DNA of 60,359 bases from NCBI RefSeq assembly GCF_000281045.1, contig NW_008246120.1:1-60359 (forward strand), given 5' to 3'. The notes beneath the pieces are model-generated. The model saw only the letters and a program-made list of their open reading frames with translations, was not told the DNA's origin and searched no databases. Origin of the DNA: Saprolegnia diclina VS20 (Eukaryota). Within the stretch, counting starts at the first letter, position 1; each line of letters begins with the position of its first letter. The position numbers and the translations under genes were made by a program. Below, piece after piece: positions 34,283 to 46,480 of this stretch.

Positions 34283-35020
34283 ATGCCACGAGCCAAAAGC
34301 AAAGCGTCCAGGCTGTCTCCATCGTCGCGGTCTGTCTCGTGGGCCGAATTCGCTTAGATAGTACTCCACCCGTTCGACGCACCGCGCCCGTCCATGCCCG
34401 TGCCGACGCCAAAGACATGCATCACCGCGGCGTTGAGAACATGCTTCAACAGTGCGTCGCGAGGCCCACGCCGTCGACCTGGTACTTGGACGATCTGTGC
34501 GAATGGCCGCGGAGAGGCAGACGGAACGTGTGGATCGGGCGCGATGCGTTCTCCATGCCGCGCGGCGATCTTCCACCATATGGTTTTAATTGGTGTTCGA
34601 CCTTTACCCTCGAAATCGCCGCCGAACGCCAGTTGTCAACTTTATTGAAGAGTCGAGATGGCGCCGGACCTCCACCGCGAGACGCTCGCGCTGCGCTACT
34701 GCTCGCCGACGCCGGATGCGCCCAAGCCCAAGACCTCGCGCGTCATGCGCAAGCTCGAGAACGTCCAGGCGACGCTCGGGTGCCCGCTCCTCATCGTAAA
34801 CCGCCCGACGCGGTCGCAGACGGTCGGGACGCTGCCAAAGCTCAACAAACACAACTTTGCCGAAGTCATACTGCCCGCGCCGCCGCTCACGCGATCGACA
34901 ACCGTGCCTGCTTCGGCACCGGCGTTCCTGCCGCAGCCGACGCTGCCACCGCGCGCGCACCACAGCGTCACGACGACGACCCCGCCGCGCCTCTTCCGCG
35001 CACGCACCGCCGAGCTCTAA
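34283..35020 (+). CDS. Hypothetical Pro/Arg-rich protein (probably spliced, boundaries uncertain)
   Basis: GC3-rich coding-like ORF at 34658-35020 plus coding-like upstream segments; no recognisable domain. Confidence 0.3.
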
Positions 35021-35535
35021 GGCGCGTCGCCTAATCATCCTATGTATACGTGGCGGCGACGCGCGCCAATCGAAGGTGCGCGTCGACCACGACAGATTTA
35101 TCCTCACAATACCAACACAATACCAACTCTACATGTACACTGTTCCTCCATATACCTCGGGCTCCATCGAGGTCGCAGCGACCGCCTTCAGCAACAAGGG
35201 CACACCGCCTCCATTCTGGTGTTGCACTCACGATGGACAGTGCTGTAGCTCTGTGAGACACGGTCCTATTGCGCGTGTAGCAGGCGACTGTAAGGATCAC
35301 CAGCAGCGCTATCGGCACACAGACAACGCATATCTAGAGCATCTCCACTTGTCCATGCCAGGCCTTACAGAGCCAGCATCGTATGCAATTGCAGGTAGCA
35401 GCCTCCAGTCTCGACGAGCAGCCCTTCGTCGCCCACACCGGTATATTGCGTAGCGCAGGAGACTCGAAATTGCGTCGTCTTAAGAACACAACGCACACAA
35501 TATTTGTAGGAATAGAAGAAAGCGTCTAGGATCTA

Positions 35536-37044
35536 TTACACGTCGACGTCGCGATGCGACTGGCGGCGGCCACTGCGCGCGGCCGGCGACGGCAAGCACG
35601 GCGAGCGGCGGTACTGCATGCCCTTCATGTCCATAAACGGCGACTCGGACGCGACGAGGTGGCGGCGGGCCCGCGCGGCCGCGCGGCGGCGGTACACCTC
35701 AGTGAGCGGCACGAGCACAAGCGCGAGGAGGGCCGACACAATGTACATGGGCGCCAAGTCGTTGATGTCGAGCGAGTAGGCAACGGCGGGGATTTGCAGC
35801 AGCCCAACGAGCGAGCCGGACGTAAAGATGAGGCCGACGATCGTGCCGAGGTTGGCGAGGCCAAAGATCTTGGCTGCAAAGGCCGCGATGACCGCATACA
35901 AGAAGGCACGGAAGCCCGTAAAGATGAAAAACACGAGCGACTGGAGCGGCAAGATTGGGAGGAGCGCGAGGAGGTTGGACGCGAGGCCCAAGCACGTTGT
36001 GAAATGGAGCGAGATCGGGAGGCCCTTCTTGTCGACAAAGTAGTCGATGCCCGGTACAAAGAGAAAGCCCATGGGCAGCACAAAGCCAAAGATTTTCGTG
36101 TACATGTAGCCGTGGCCCGCGTCGCCATAGTTTTCAAGCAAGTTGTTGGTCGTGCCAATGTAAAAGTTGGCGCGCAATATGTGGAGACTCGTAAAGACCA
36201 AGATGAAGGCAAACTCGAACGTCCGGACTTGCTTGGAGAGCGGGTAGTCGCAGAGCGCTTCCTGCTCGAATGCAGGTCGCACCTCGATGCGCGGCAAAAG
36301 CTCCTTGGTCTCGACACTGCCGTACGCGTGGCTAGCGTTTTCGAGCAGCGGCGAGGCGACCGTCGAGCGCTCGGCCGCGATTTCATCCAACACGGGCTCG
36401 CTCGTCGGAAGGTACGCTTCGTTGACGTGCCAAAGGCCAATGAGCGCAATGTAGACTAGGACGCTGAGCACGCCGTAGCCAATGAAGAGGCTGTCGCGCG
36501 ACCAGCCGACGGTCTCGTGGATCGTGTAGAGCACGAGGAAAATCGCGCTCGAGCTGTCAAAGAGGCAGCTAATGCTCGCCAGGATCGTCGTTTGGTGCGA
36601 CAAAATGAGAAAGCTCGCAGGGTACGACGCCATCATCGTGATGCAGCCGCCCATCGCGAGCAGCAAGTACGCGGGCACAAACACGTCAAACGACTTGGAG
36701 TCGGCGAGGCCAAGGAGCACAAGGCCCGGAATCTCGAGGCAAGCGGCGACCATGATGGCGCGCTTCGGGCCCACAAAGTCGAGCATGGTGCCGACGGGCA
36801 GCGAGATGACGTTGACGGCAAAGGTTGCGATCGCGTACATCATGTTGAGTCGCGCGTCCTGGTCGGCGCACCGGCCGTTGGCGTCGCGCGTCGTGCACAC
36901 CTCGCCGTACTGGTCCTCTTCTTGCAGCAGGAGGAGCAGCGGTGCCCAGCCAAAGATGAGGCCGGCAAAGAGAATGTCGGAGAGCAAGACGCAGAGCACG
37001 AGTGCGACCGCAAGCGGCCGAACAGGCTCGGGCGCGCAGGTCAT
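35536..37044 (-). CDS. MFS transporter, SLC43/LAT3-FMP42-like
   Basis: LFAGLIFGWAPL, QDARLNMMY, LPVGTMLDFVGPK, CLFDSSS and ILRANFYIGT; many TM segments; ATG at 37044 follows an INR/FPR-like motif. Confidence 0.8.
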   Translation of the reverse strand: MTCAPEPVRPLAVALVLCVLLSDILFAGLIFGWAPLLLLLQEEDQYGEVCTTRDANGRCADQDARLNMMYAIATFAVNVISLPVGTMLDFVGPKRAIMVAACLEIPGLVLLGLADSKSFDVFVPAYLLLAMGGCITMMASYPASFLILSHQTTILASISCLFDSSSAIFLVLYTIHETVGWSRDSLFIGYGVLSVLVYIALIGLWHVNEAYLPTSEPVLDEIAAERSTVASPLLENASHAYGSVETKELLPRIEVRPAFEQEALCDYPLSKQVRTFEFAFILVFTSLHILRANFYIGTTNNLLENYGDAGHGYMYTKIFGFVLPMGFLFVPGIDYFVDKKGLPISLHFTTCLGLASNLLALLPILPLQSLVFFIFTGFRAFLYAVIAAFAAKIFGLANLGTIVGLIFTSGSLVGLLQIPAVAYSLDINDLAPMYIVSALLALVLVPLTEVYRRRAAARARRHLVASESPFMDMKGMQYRRSPCLPSPAARSGRRQSHRDVDV

Positions 37045-37045
37045 G

Positions 37046-37061
37046 GCGAATGTGGAAATGA
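37046..37061 (-). promoter_or_regulatory. INR+FPR-like core promoter
   Basis: Minus strand reads TCATTTC-CA-CATTCGC (one FPR mismatch) just before the ATG; CCATTGG and CCAATC lie further upstream. Confidence 0.6.
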
Positions 37062-38942
37062 GCCGCAAGCCAATGGCTGCCTTGTCAGCGTACTCATGTC
37101 AGCGAATTGATATGGTGCGACATGAACGAGGCTGGGATTAATCCCGTAACTGCAATGGGTCGCAGCCGTCAGATACCAAAAGACACCATGTGATTGGCTG
37201 CGCACGAAACGATTGCCTTAAAGAAGTCGACTTGACCTGTTGAGGCCCACGGGCAACAAAGACAGGGATGCGCTTTCGCTGGTCGCGGCGCCACCGATAT
37301 GCGTTGGGTGGCTTTCACCTCGATGAGGTACCCAGGCGGCACCAAGCACCGGCAACGGCGACGCCCGACGCGATCTTTGTCGAGCGATCGGGATCGTTAT
37401 CAAATCGGTCGCGGGGCGCGGTCAAGAAGATACTCGACCACTGCAAGGGGCGTGTTTTTAGCTCCACCCGGTACGTTGCACCACGTTATCCCTACGACGA
37501 GCTGCGATGCGTCATGCATCGTGTGCATCGCGTAGCGTAGAAGTGCGCGGCAACCACCACCCACCGCCTATCGCTGCCGCCGACATAAACGACCCATGTG
37601 ACCAGTCTCAGACGACGCGACGACCGCAGCAGTACCCCGGCATGTGCCCCGGTAGTAGATCAGAAGCCGTTTGATGTTTGACTTTGTCAGCGCACCATGG
37701 ATGACGGTGGTCGCATGTGCAGTTTCGGAGATGATAACCGACTGCACAGATCGCACGCGTCGATTCATGCAGAATAAACTACCCTATGGGATTACCCCAG
37801 GACGACCGTAACTTTTTGGTGCCCCAGTCGGTGATTGCGCCGCCAGAGAAAGTATACAAGCAAGACCTCCAAAGGTTCGGACCATATAGACATTGCGCTG
37901 ACAGGCTCTGGCATGTCGCTCGTGCTTGCGGCACCAGTTACAGCGGCAAGTCTATCGCCTTTTAACGAGTCGAACCACGGCGATCGCAGGGCTCGAACCG
38001 CGGCAAAATCCTGGGGACTTGATATCACCAAAGCATGTTTACGATGCACCAACACTTTTAAAGGAATGTATGGGATCGATCAGCAAGTAGCGTGGGTAGG
38101 TGTTGTTTAGTGCGTGGTGTGCTGCACAGTCTCACGTCCCCACGTCACAAGATACAATGTTGTTGTCTCCACCGGAAGGCACAGAGTATCATGTAACGCG
38201 ACGACGTTTATCATCAAGAAGGGCGTGATGCGGATCGCTCGACATTGCGTCAGGATGCCATCAATCTTGTGTCATTTGCAAATGAATTTGGGGATATTTG
38301 CTTTTGCTTTTTGCTTTATTCTTTGTGGGACGAAGCACGTGATCCACGACCATTTTGATGCTTGCTTGTCTGGTGGGCCGAATTCTCGCTTGCGTGGGCT
38401 GTGTCAATGACGAGGTTACTCGACCGGTGTACTCTTTTTTGTATGTGTGCGCACGGTCGCAACAGTTAAACGTTAATGCTTCCAAGCAGCATTGGCACAA
38501 CCTTGCTTGCTGATAGTCGCGGCTGATAGCGCCAGTGTACACTGTAGCGCACTGAGCTGTCTTCCATCTTTGTTGGACAGAGGAGAGCACGGGCAAATAC
38601 AACCGAACGGGGACCGCCGCCTCGGACGCTCGCTCGTCAATCGAAAAATGAGCTCAGGTTCCCGCGGCTTTTTTATTCGTTGCGCATTTGCCAACGAGAA
38701 AGTTGCAACTGCATTGTTCGTTTGTATTCGAACTCCCAAGCTGCAGGTCAAACGAGACGTTTCATTTGAATCCATCTTGCAAAGATCACTCCCGGTTATC
38801 TTTTGTTCCTAATAGTCGGGCTACTAACCAGATACGCACAATTTAAGATTGAATGGTAACCAAACGCGTGGATCGACGAAGTTGAAGCGGTGCGATCCCA
38901 GTCGTGATAGGAACAGTCTCACAATTGCCTCCTTCGAGCAAC

Positions 38943-39839
38943 ATGCGACTGGGCTTGCTCGTCCCGCTCGCCCATGCCGCTTTCGCCCAGACCATCACCT
39001 TTCCCAACACGACGGTTGTTGCAACGACGGTGCCAGCACCGTCGCCACCGCCAGCCGCACCAACGAGCACACCAGGAACGACCCCGCCGGTGATGACGGC
39101 GCTTTTGCGAACAGTAACGCCGACGCCGTGGTCGGCAGCCCCAACGACCGATGCTGCTATAGTCGCCGTCGAGGCGACTCCCTCGATCGCACCGCTCTCG
39201 GTCACGGAAGCGCCGCCCAAAATGGCTCCCATCGGAACGCGTCCAATCGTGGCCTTGCCGTCGAACCCAACAACTGCTCCGATTTTCAAACCGCAAGAGA
39301 GCGTGGCCACGCCAGTGCCAAGTCCGGCGAGTCCATCTATGGAGCCAAAAGGTGTCGGTGGCGGTGTCCTCGGTGTCGTTGGTGGTGTCATCGCCGCCGT
39401 CGGACTGCTCGGCGCCTGCATCATGCTCGGCATGCACGCCAAGCACCGTCTGGCGACGATGAGCAACGAAAAAAGCCCGAGTGGGTCGCCGCCGATCTGG
39501 ACGCCGTTCGACGACGCGATTGAAGCGTCGATCACACGCCTCGAGTCGACGCTCCTCGGCTCCCAGCGCTTGTCGCAGCTCGTGGACGCCAACCCCTCAG
39601 CGATCGTCGAAGCGTCGCCGGTTCAGCGGTCGTCGCTCGTGTTTGAGAGCTCGCGCGGGTCCATCAGCGTCGACACGACGCACCGCGGGAGCTACGGCGG
39701 CGTCGCGCTCCGTGTCCCAAGCCTCTTGGACCACCCTCCCGAGACGTACGAGATGCGCCTCTCGATCATGGCAGCGCGGGCGTCGGAACCCGCTCTCGAT
39801 GCCACTGGGAAGCCACTTCCCCGCGAGATGACCTTTTAG
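38943..39839 (+). CDS. Single-pass mucin-like membrane protein
   Basis: Signal peptide MRLGLLVPLAHAAFAQ, Pro/Thr-rich ectodomain, [24 protein letters not shown] and Ser-rich tail. Confidence 0.75.
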   Translation: MRLGLLVPLAHAAFAQTITFPNTTVVATTVPAPSPPPAAPTSTPGTTPPVMTALLRTVTPTPWSAAPTTDAAIVAVEATPSIAPLSVTEAPPKMAPIGTRPIVALPSNPTTAPIFKPQESVATPVPSPASPSMEPKGVGGGVLGVVGGVIAAVGLLGACIMLGMHAKHRLATMSNEKSPSGSPPIWTPFDDAIEASITRLESTLLGSQRLSQLVDANPSAIVEASPVQRSSLVFESSRGSISVDTTHRGSYGGVALRVPSLLDHPPETYEMRLSIMAARASEPALDATGKPLPREMTF

Positions 39840-40199
39840 CGTCCTCTTTGCGTGTTTATTTATCGTTGATTCTATCCGTATTTTTGATTCTTCCCACTTT
39901 ACCCATGCAATCTGAGGATCAGCATCATTCCGAGATTAGATAGACTAGGTTCTCCCGTCTCCTGCAACAAGCGCTTGCCACACACTCGCACCGCAGCAGG
40001 TTCAGCTGTGCGAGAAACTTGGGTCAAGAAATGAGCACAACCCGTCTGAACCGGTGCGCTTTTCACCCGACCCCTAACCACACCGGTCAGGTTGATCCGT
40101 CTCGCGCACCTACCCTCGCACTCACACAGCAGTGTGTCGGTCGTCCCGTGTCAGCAGAACTCGAGTCGATTCGCTGATGGCTTGCGGTCGTCTCGAGGT

Positions 40200-40248
40200 G
40201 CGTCACTCTTATGGGGCTACAGGTGGACGCGTCACTCTTATGGGGCTA
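40200..40248. repeat. 20-bp direct repeat GCGTCACTCTTATGGGGCTA x2
   Basis: Exact copies at 40200-40219 and 40229-40248. Confidence 0.85.
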
Positions 40249-40313
40249 GGGTCCGCTTGGCTTCTGCCACGGACGCTTGCGAAAATGTACAAAACTGGCT
40301 CTTTACTTTCAGT

Positions 40314-42622
40314 CTACAACTTGCTTAGACGCTTGTGCGTATACGTTGCGTGGCCATTTGCAAACGCAGTGACCGTGTGGACCGACTGGGACCGGAGCTT
40401 CCACTTGGTCGTCAAGAGGCCTTCGACGCCGACGGGGCCGCGGGCGTGAATGCGCCCGGTCGAAATGCCAACCTCGGCGCCAAGCCCAAACCGAAAGCCG
40501 TCGGCAAACCGGTTGCTCGCATTGTGAAACACGCACGCGCTGTCGACGCCGTTGAGGAACCGTTCGGCTTCGGCCACGTCGTCCGTCACAATGGTGTCCG
40601 TGTGGCCGCTCGAGTGCGCATTGATGTGCGCAATTGCGCCGTCGACGCCGGTCGAAATGACTTCGAGCGTCAGCGCCAAGCTGCCATACTCGTGCGAGAG
40701 CGACGGCGCGGGCTCGGCGCCCGGCACCAAGTTGCGTCGGACCGCGTCCGGGCCCAGATTCACCTTGACGCCGGCATCGTGGAGCGCCTCGACGAGGTGG
40801 TGCACTGCGCCCGACTCGACGTGCGATACATCAACAAGCAGCGTCTCGAGCGCGTTGCAGGCGGCCGGGTAGTCCGTCTTGGCGTCGAGCACGAGCGCGC
40901 GCGCCTTGTCCATGCTGGCGCCGGCCGCAATGTACATGTGGCAGACGCCCTCGGCATGGCCGAGCACCGGGATCCGCGTGTGCTTCTTGATAAACGTCAC
41001 GAGCGCGTTCGAGCCGCGCGGAATGCACAAATCAATCACGTGGTCCAGCTGCAAAAGCTCCGAGACGTCGTCGCGCGTCGCAACGAGCCCGAGCACGCCC
41101 CGGGGCACGCGGCCCTTGGTTTCCGACTCGATCGCGTCGCAAATGAGCGCGTGCAACATGTGGTTGCTGCGACTGGCCTCCTTGCCGCCCTTGAGCAGCA
41201 GGCCGTTGCCGCTGCGGAGCGCTAGCGCTGCAATCTGCGGCAGCGAGTCGGGGCGCGACTCAAACACAATCAAAAGCACGCCAATGGGGCACGTGAGCTG
41301 CTCGAGCACCAAGCCGTGGGCAATCTCCATGGTCGAGAGCACGCGGCCAACGGGCTCGGGCTGGTCGGCAATCGCGCAAATGCCCTTGGCGAGGGTTTCG
41401 AGCTTCGGCTTAGTGAGCTTGAGACGCGCGCGCAAGGCCACGTCCACATTGTTGGCGTCGTTCAAGTCGAGTTGGTTGGCTTGCAAAATCGCATCGGCGT
41501 GTTCTAGGAGCGACGCGGCAATGCGCCGCAGAATCTGAGCGCGGTCCGACGACGAGAGCGCTTGAAGCGCGCGACTCCCTTCGCGCGCCGCAATCGCCAA
41601 GTCCTCGGCCGACGCCTTGTGCTCGAGGAGAAGCTCCGGGTACGGCACAAAGAGCGTCCCGAGGTTCGCGCCTTTCATGATCGCGTCCAGCACGCCATAC
41701 TTGAAGCCGCTTGCAATCACGACGGCGTTGACGCCACTGTCGACCGCGCCCTGGGCCGATTGGATCTTGGCGCCCATGCCACCGCGGCCGACCGATGATT
41801 TTTCACCTAAGCGACCAGCCTATGAGCTGCCTGCGCCGTCATTCATACCACTGCGTACCAATGACAAATTGACCGGGTTGCTCGGGCGCAAAAATCGAAA
41901 TGACCTTGGCGTTTGGCTCGCTCGGCGGCTTGTCGTAGAGACCGTCGACGTCCGTGAGCAGAATGAGCAAGTTGGCTTGGATCTCGCTTGCGACAAGCGC
42001 GGCGAGTGAGTCATTGTCGGTAAACACCGACTGGCCTTCGCGATAGACGCCGGCGCTCACCGCGTCGTTCTCGTTGACGATCGGGATCACGTCGAGGTCC
42101 AGCAAATGGAGCAGCGTGTCGCGAATGTTGGCGCGGTGCTCCTTCGTCTTGAAGTCCGACTCGGTCACGAGCACCTACAAGATATGTGCGCATGACGCAC
42201 CGGCCAAAAATGACGCATGGGCGCTGTACCTGCGAACAGGCCACGTCGTAGAGCGAAAAGAGCGTCTCGTAGAGCGACATGAGGCCGACTTGGCCCGCGG
42301 CCGCCATTGCGCCCTTCTTCTTCTCCAGCATGCGGTTCATGTTGCTGTCGCCTTGCACGTGCATGCGCAGCGATGACGAGAGAAGGATTTGTTTCTGCAG
42401 CTTCTTGCGCCCGACGCCGATCGAGCCCGAGGTCACGAGCAGCACCTCCTTGCCTTGCCGCTTGAGCATTGAGATTTGCTCGACGATCGACGCCACGCGG
42501 CCCAGCGCCGCTTCGCCGTTCGATGACACGACGCTCGTGCCCATCTTGATGACGATGCGCTTGGCGTGCTTGAAGTCCTGCCGCGAGAGGTTCCGGGGCG
42601 CCGACGACGACGACTGGGCCAT
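40314..42622 (-). CDS. P5CS: Bifunctional delta-1-pyrroline-5-carboxylate synthase (glutamate 5-kinase + gamma-glutamyl phosphate reductase), 3 exons
   Basis: RIVIKMGTSVV, PIVNENDAVS, DNDSLAA, GRGGMGAK, FESRPD, ACNALET and EVGISTGRIHARGPVGVEGL; introns at ~42175-42229 and ~41807-41858. Confidence 0.96.
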
Positions 42623-42939
42623 CTTATTGTGCTGAGCCCGTTGAAACCAAGAATGCTGAAAGATCGCCAAGTTCTTAGTGCCCGTAGGAATTTCCCACCC
42701 AATCGCAACCCAGGACCTATCTCTTTTTAGCCAATCGGACGCTGCAAAAAGCCACCACAAGGAACACAGAACGTTCGGGAGCATGAAATAGTGTAAATTA
42801 ACACTTTTTTTGTGTAATGTCACGAACCAAGATACCACGATGGCTCGTCTCTGGGCTGGCCCGCCTACGGCAACATCGGTGGCAGGTCGCACTTGGCGTC
42901 CATACTCACATATACCAACCTACCCGGTCCGACAACACG

Positions 42940-43674
42940 ATGCGATATTACTCTCTCTGCGCTCTGCTCGCCAGTATCGTGGTTGGCGGCGCGCTAGGGC
43001 AAGGGTTCCCCGGCCTTCCTGGCTTCAACCTGGGCGTGAATACGACCAAGCTGTCGTCCGAGATCATTCGTGTGGCTCGTCCAACGCCCGCGCCGGCAAG
43101 CATTTCGCCGCCGCCAGCCGTGGCGCCACGTGCGACACCAGCCTTCGAGGCCGCCCGTAGTCCGCCGAGTTCCGCAGCGGCAGCCAAGCCAACCCCGGCG
43201 CAGGCGACGGCTCCTACGTCATTCGCGCCAACACCCCAGAGTCGCTTTGAAGCCATGCAAGCACCGAGTGCGAGCTCGTCCGAGGCCAGCTCTGGCTTGT
43301 CTGATGGCTCGTCGGGATCGAGCTCGTCGAGTCAAAGTGGCGCAGCTCTCGTGCCCATGGCCGCCCCGAACGCAGAGATTGTGGTTGGGAGCAACGCATC
43401 CAACACGACGACAAGTCGCCCGTGGCTCGGGAAGCTCATGCCGACAACGGTGCCCGGGTCACCGGCACGTCCACGTGCCACAGTGGCACCGCCGCAAATG
43501 AAGGAATCGGTGCCGCGACCGGCGCCAACCACCCGGCTTACTGCGATGCAGAGTGCCCGCCAGCCTCCAGCGGCGGAAAGCGCTCGCGCACCGGCCCCTG
43601 TACCCGCCAAGGCCGTTGCGAACGACGACCTCGAGTTTCCTTGGAAGCGGCTGGACCTTGCCCTCGCCGACTAG
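42940..43674 (+). CDS. Secreted Pro/Ser/Ala-rich low-complexity protein
   Basis: Signal peptide MRYYSLCALLASIVVGGALG followed by a disordered P/S/A/T-rich body. Confidence 0.6.
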   Translation: MRYYSLCALLASIVVGGALGQGFPGLPGFNLGVNTTKLSSEIIRVARPTPAPASISPPPAVAPRATPAFEAARSPPSSAAAAKPTPAQATAPTSFAPTPQSRFEAMQAPSASSSEASSGLSDGSSGSSSSSQSGAALVPMAAPNAEIVVGSNASNTTTSRPWLGKLMPTTVPGSPARPRATVAPPQMKESVPRPAPTTRLTAMQSARQPPAAESARAPAPVPAKAVANDDLEFPWKRLDLALAD

Positions 43675-44210
43675 CTCGTTTTGTCGTCACTACTTAACAC
43701 AAATCAGGCTGCGTATTTCAACCCTTTCTTGTCTTGGTGCGACGGCTGCCTTGCAGCTCATTTCGGCTGCATGTCGCGGAATCTCATGCACGCTAGTACG
43801 CCATGGAGCCACCTACAGAGTACTAGACTGCATGCCTCGGTGGCCGACGGGCTCTGCGCAAGGCGCCGTCGTAGGCGGGTTCCCTCAACAAGACACGCAT
43901 CCACGTCTTCACGACCGTGACATATATATACCAAGGGCGTCCGCACCACCCTCGGTAGCGACGATGCGCGGAGACGTCCTTCGATGACTCGATCGTCGCT
44001 GCACCGTTTCCTCGCGCATGAGGCAGGAACCGATACACGACCGGTACGAGTCGCGACGACGTCGGGTGCCATGGTGCATATAGCCATAGCCCTCCTCCCG
44101 CGCCAGCTTTGGTCGATGGACCGTCTCTCGAGAGGCCCGTTTATAGGTCCCTTCCACTGTCCCTCTTCAAGCTTTCTACAAGGCACGTTGCGCACAAAAC
44201 GCAATTGCCC

Positions 44211-44636
44211 ATGCTGCGCGACGTGCTGTGGATGTTGCTCCTGGCGCTCTCCAGCGTCGCCGTGACGGCTCTGAATACCACCAATACGACGAGCGACGAG
44301 CCCGACTTGACGATACCGACGTGGCACGCCGAGGCGTCGTCGCGCCGACCGGTTGAAATCGACTTGGACCATGACGACTACCTCAAGGAGCTCGGTTTGC
44401 CCAGCGACGACGAGCTCAACGAGCTCATCCAAGAAGCCGAGGCCCAGCAAGCGGCACAGGCCGACGCGACCGAGGCGCCGACGCAAGCCCCCAGCTCGAC
44501 TCCGATCAAAGTCTCTGTCGGGGCCAGCGCCTCGGACATTCACATGCGCATCATTAGCGTCAGCATGCCGCTTCAAGTCCCGTGGTGGCTCCTCACGTTG
44601 CTCGTTGTGCATCGAGTGCAAGAAATAGTGTGTTAA
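44211..44636 (+). CDS. Small secreted acidic protein with hydrophobic C-terminus (possibly GPI-anchored)
   Basis: Signal peptide MLRDVLWMLLLALSSVAVTA; acidic helix; C-terminal VPWWLLTLLVV. Confidence 0.6.
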   Translation: MLRDVLWMLLLALSSVAVTALNTTNTTSDEPDLTIPTWHAEASSRRPVEIDLDHDDYLKELGLPSDDELNELIQEAEAQQAAQADATEAPTQAPSSTPIKVSVGASASDIHMRIISVSMPLQVPWWLLTLLVVHRVQEIVC

Positions 44637-46480
44637 AATCGGTTGAGTTCCCCTAAAATGTGCACGGGATGACCCTTGAAGAGGGTTGGCAATGACGTTT
44701 CGAGCTGCATTTGGAGGCTCTTGGTCGACGCCATGAGCTCTCGGACCTTGGCGTGGCTCGTCGCGACAAGATCGGTGAGCTCACTGTTCTTGTCTTCGAG
44801 GGTCCGAATGGCGCCGTGGAGCTTCTCAGCCTTGGTCATGTGCAGCTCGAGGGTCGCCACAAGGCGATCGAGGTAGCTACAACCATACGAATTAGCTACA
44901 ACATGTAGGAATGTACCCTACCGAGGTGAAAGCTTGATGAGCAAGACGTGTTGCAGCCGCTTCTCACGGAGTGCGGCGAGGGCCGCGTCGACCGCTGCCA
45001 AGTACCCTTTCGTGCTCTCGACGCTTTGCTGTGCGAGAAGGGCTAAGTCACAGAATGAGTACTGCACCGCTCGCATCGCACCGTACGGGCGCTTGTCTGA
45101 AACTGGTTGGCAAAGGCAACGTCCGGTGTCTGCAGCTCGATGCGCCGCTAGAACCACCATGGTGTCGCCCTTCATCGAATTTCAGGACACGTACTTGCAA
45201 GAGGAAGGCGCGGAGCTCTAAGAGGTCGTTCGTGAGCTTGGCGCGGGTCTCGCCATGCAAAAGCTGGTCGACTTGCGTCGTTGCAAGCTCGTTACGACTC
45301 GGCGCGTCCTGTGTGTCGACAGATGAAATGTCCCACTTGATCACCGCCGAGTCGTCGCTGCCCCAGTCGATGCCGCCGTCGCTCAGCTCGATGGCCGTTG
45401 CGTCCCACTGGATCTCGACCACCTCGCTTGGCGCACTGGGCGCCACGTCTGCCGGCTCCACAAGGGGCGCGGCCCAGAAGGCGTCAAGCGACGAGAGCGC
45501 AGGCGGCAGCGTCGACGATGCTGCGTGCAAATGCGCTTGCAGCGCCGCATGGTAGGCTCCGGCGTCACGCAGTGTCGGCGTGTTGAGGACGCCGGCGACG
45601 CCGCGGAAGAGACTGGGAAGGTCGTACACGAGTGCTTGGAGCTCGAGGCGGACGTCAAAGCCCGGGATCTGAAGGTCGGCGCACGCGGCCGCAAATGCCT
45701 TATTGCACTCGGAAATCCCTTTGGTATAGTCCTACACCGTAAGAGCGGTCAGGAGATGGACAGGTTGTCGATAGCGTACGGCGATCTTGCGGTGATTGTC
45801 GCCCACGTGCTTTTCATGCAGCGCAATGGCTTTTCGCAGCGCGGGACTAGACGCACGCAACCAAATAAGTCAATAGGACGTGGATCGCGTGGATACATTT
45901 CAAACGTGGCGTCCTGGTTGAGCCGACGCGCGGCCTCGGCAGCAAAGAGAGCGTGGACCTCGTACGACTTGGTGATGGCCATCCACGCCTTGAGAACCGG
46001 CGACGTGTACTAGACCGCAAGTGTGAGCAACATCGACGTAGGCGGATAGCGTACTTGGCCAAAGAAGTTGGTCGCTTTCGCCTCGTCGGACGCTTCCAAG
46101 TGCGCTAGCATCGCCTTGCAGTCGAAGAAGAGCACGTCGTCCGCCGCTAGTACGTATGCTGTGAGCAAGAACGATGACGTGGGATGCACTATGCACCTTT
46201 GCCGGCCACAATGTGCTGGGCATGTGTCGGCAAGGTCTCCAGAGCCTCGGCGATCGCAGCTTTCACCGGCCGCAACTGGTCCTGCCACTGCGGCGACACG
46301 ATCTTGCGGTCAATGAGGCCCTCTACGCAGCACTGCCTCGTCAGTACCGCATGAGCTACTCGCGATGGAGAGACGCATGAGGCCACGTAGCATCGTTCCT
46401 CCGAGGTCCTGCCAGCATGGGCGCCTACCTAGAAGCTTCTTGAGCGGAATGTCGATCGGGCTCGGCGGCTTGGCCGTCAT
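44633..46480 (-). CDS. CDK5RAP3: CDK5RAP3/C53 (DUF773), multi-exon
   Basis: PIDI..KKLL, LIDRKIV..QWQ, NFFGQY, LFAAEAA, IDWG, NDLLELRAFLLQ and C-terminal PVHILGELN. Confidence 0.88.

Noticed and set aside
37200..38850. Lower-GC intergenic stretch with short ORFs, suspected transposon relic
   Set aside because: No terminal repeats or DDE/RT/integrase motifs could be recognised by eye
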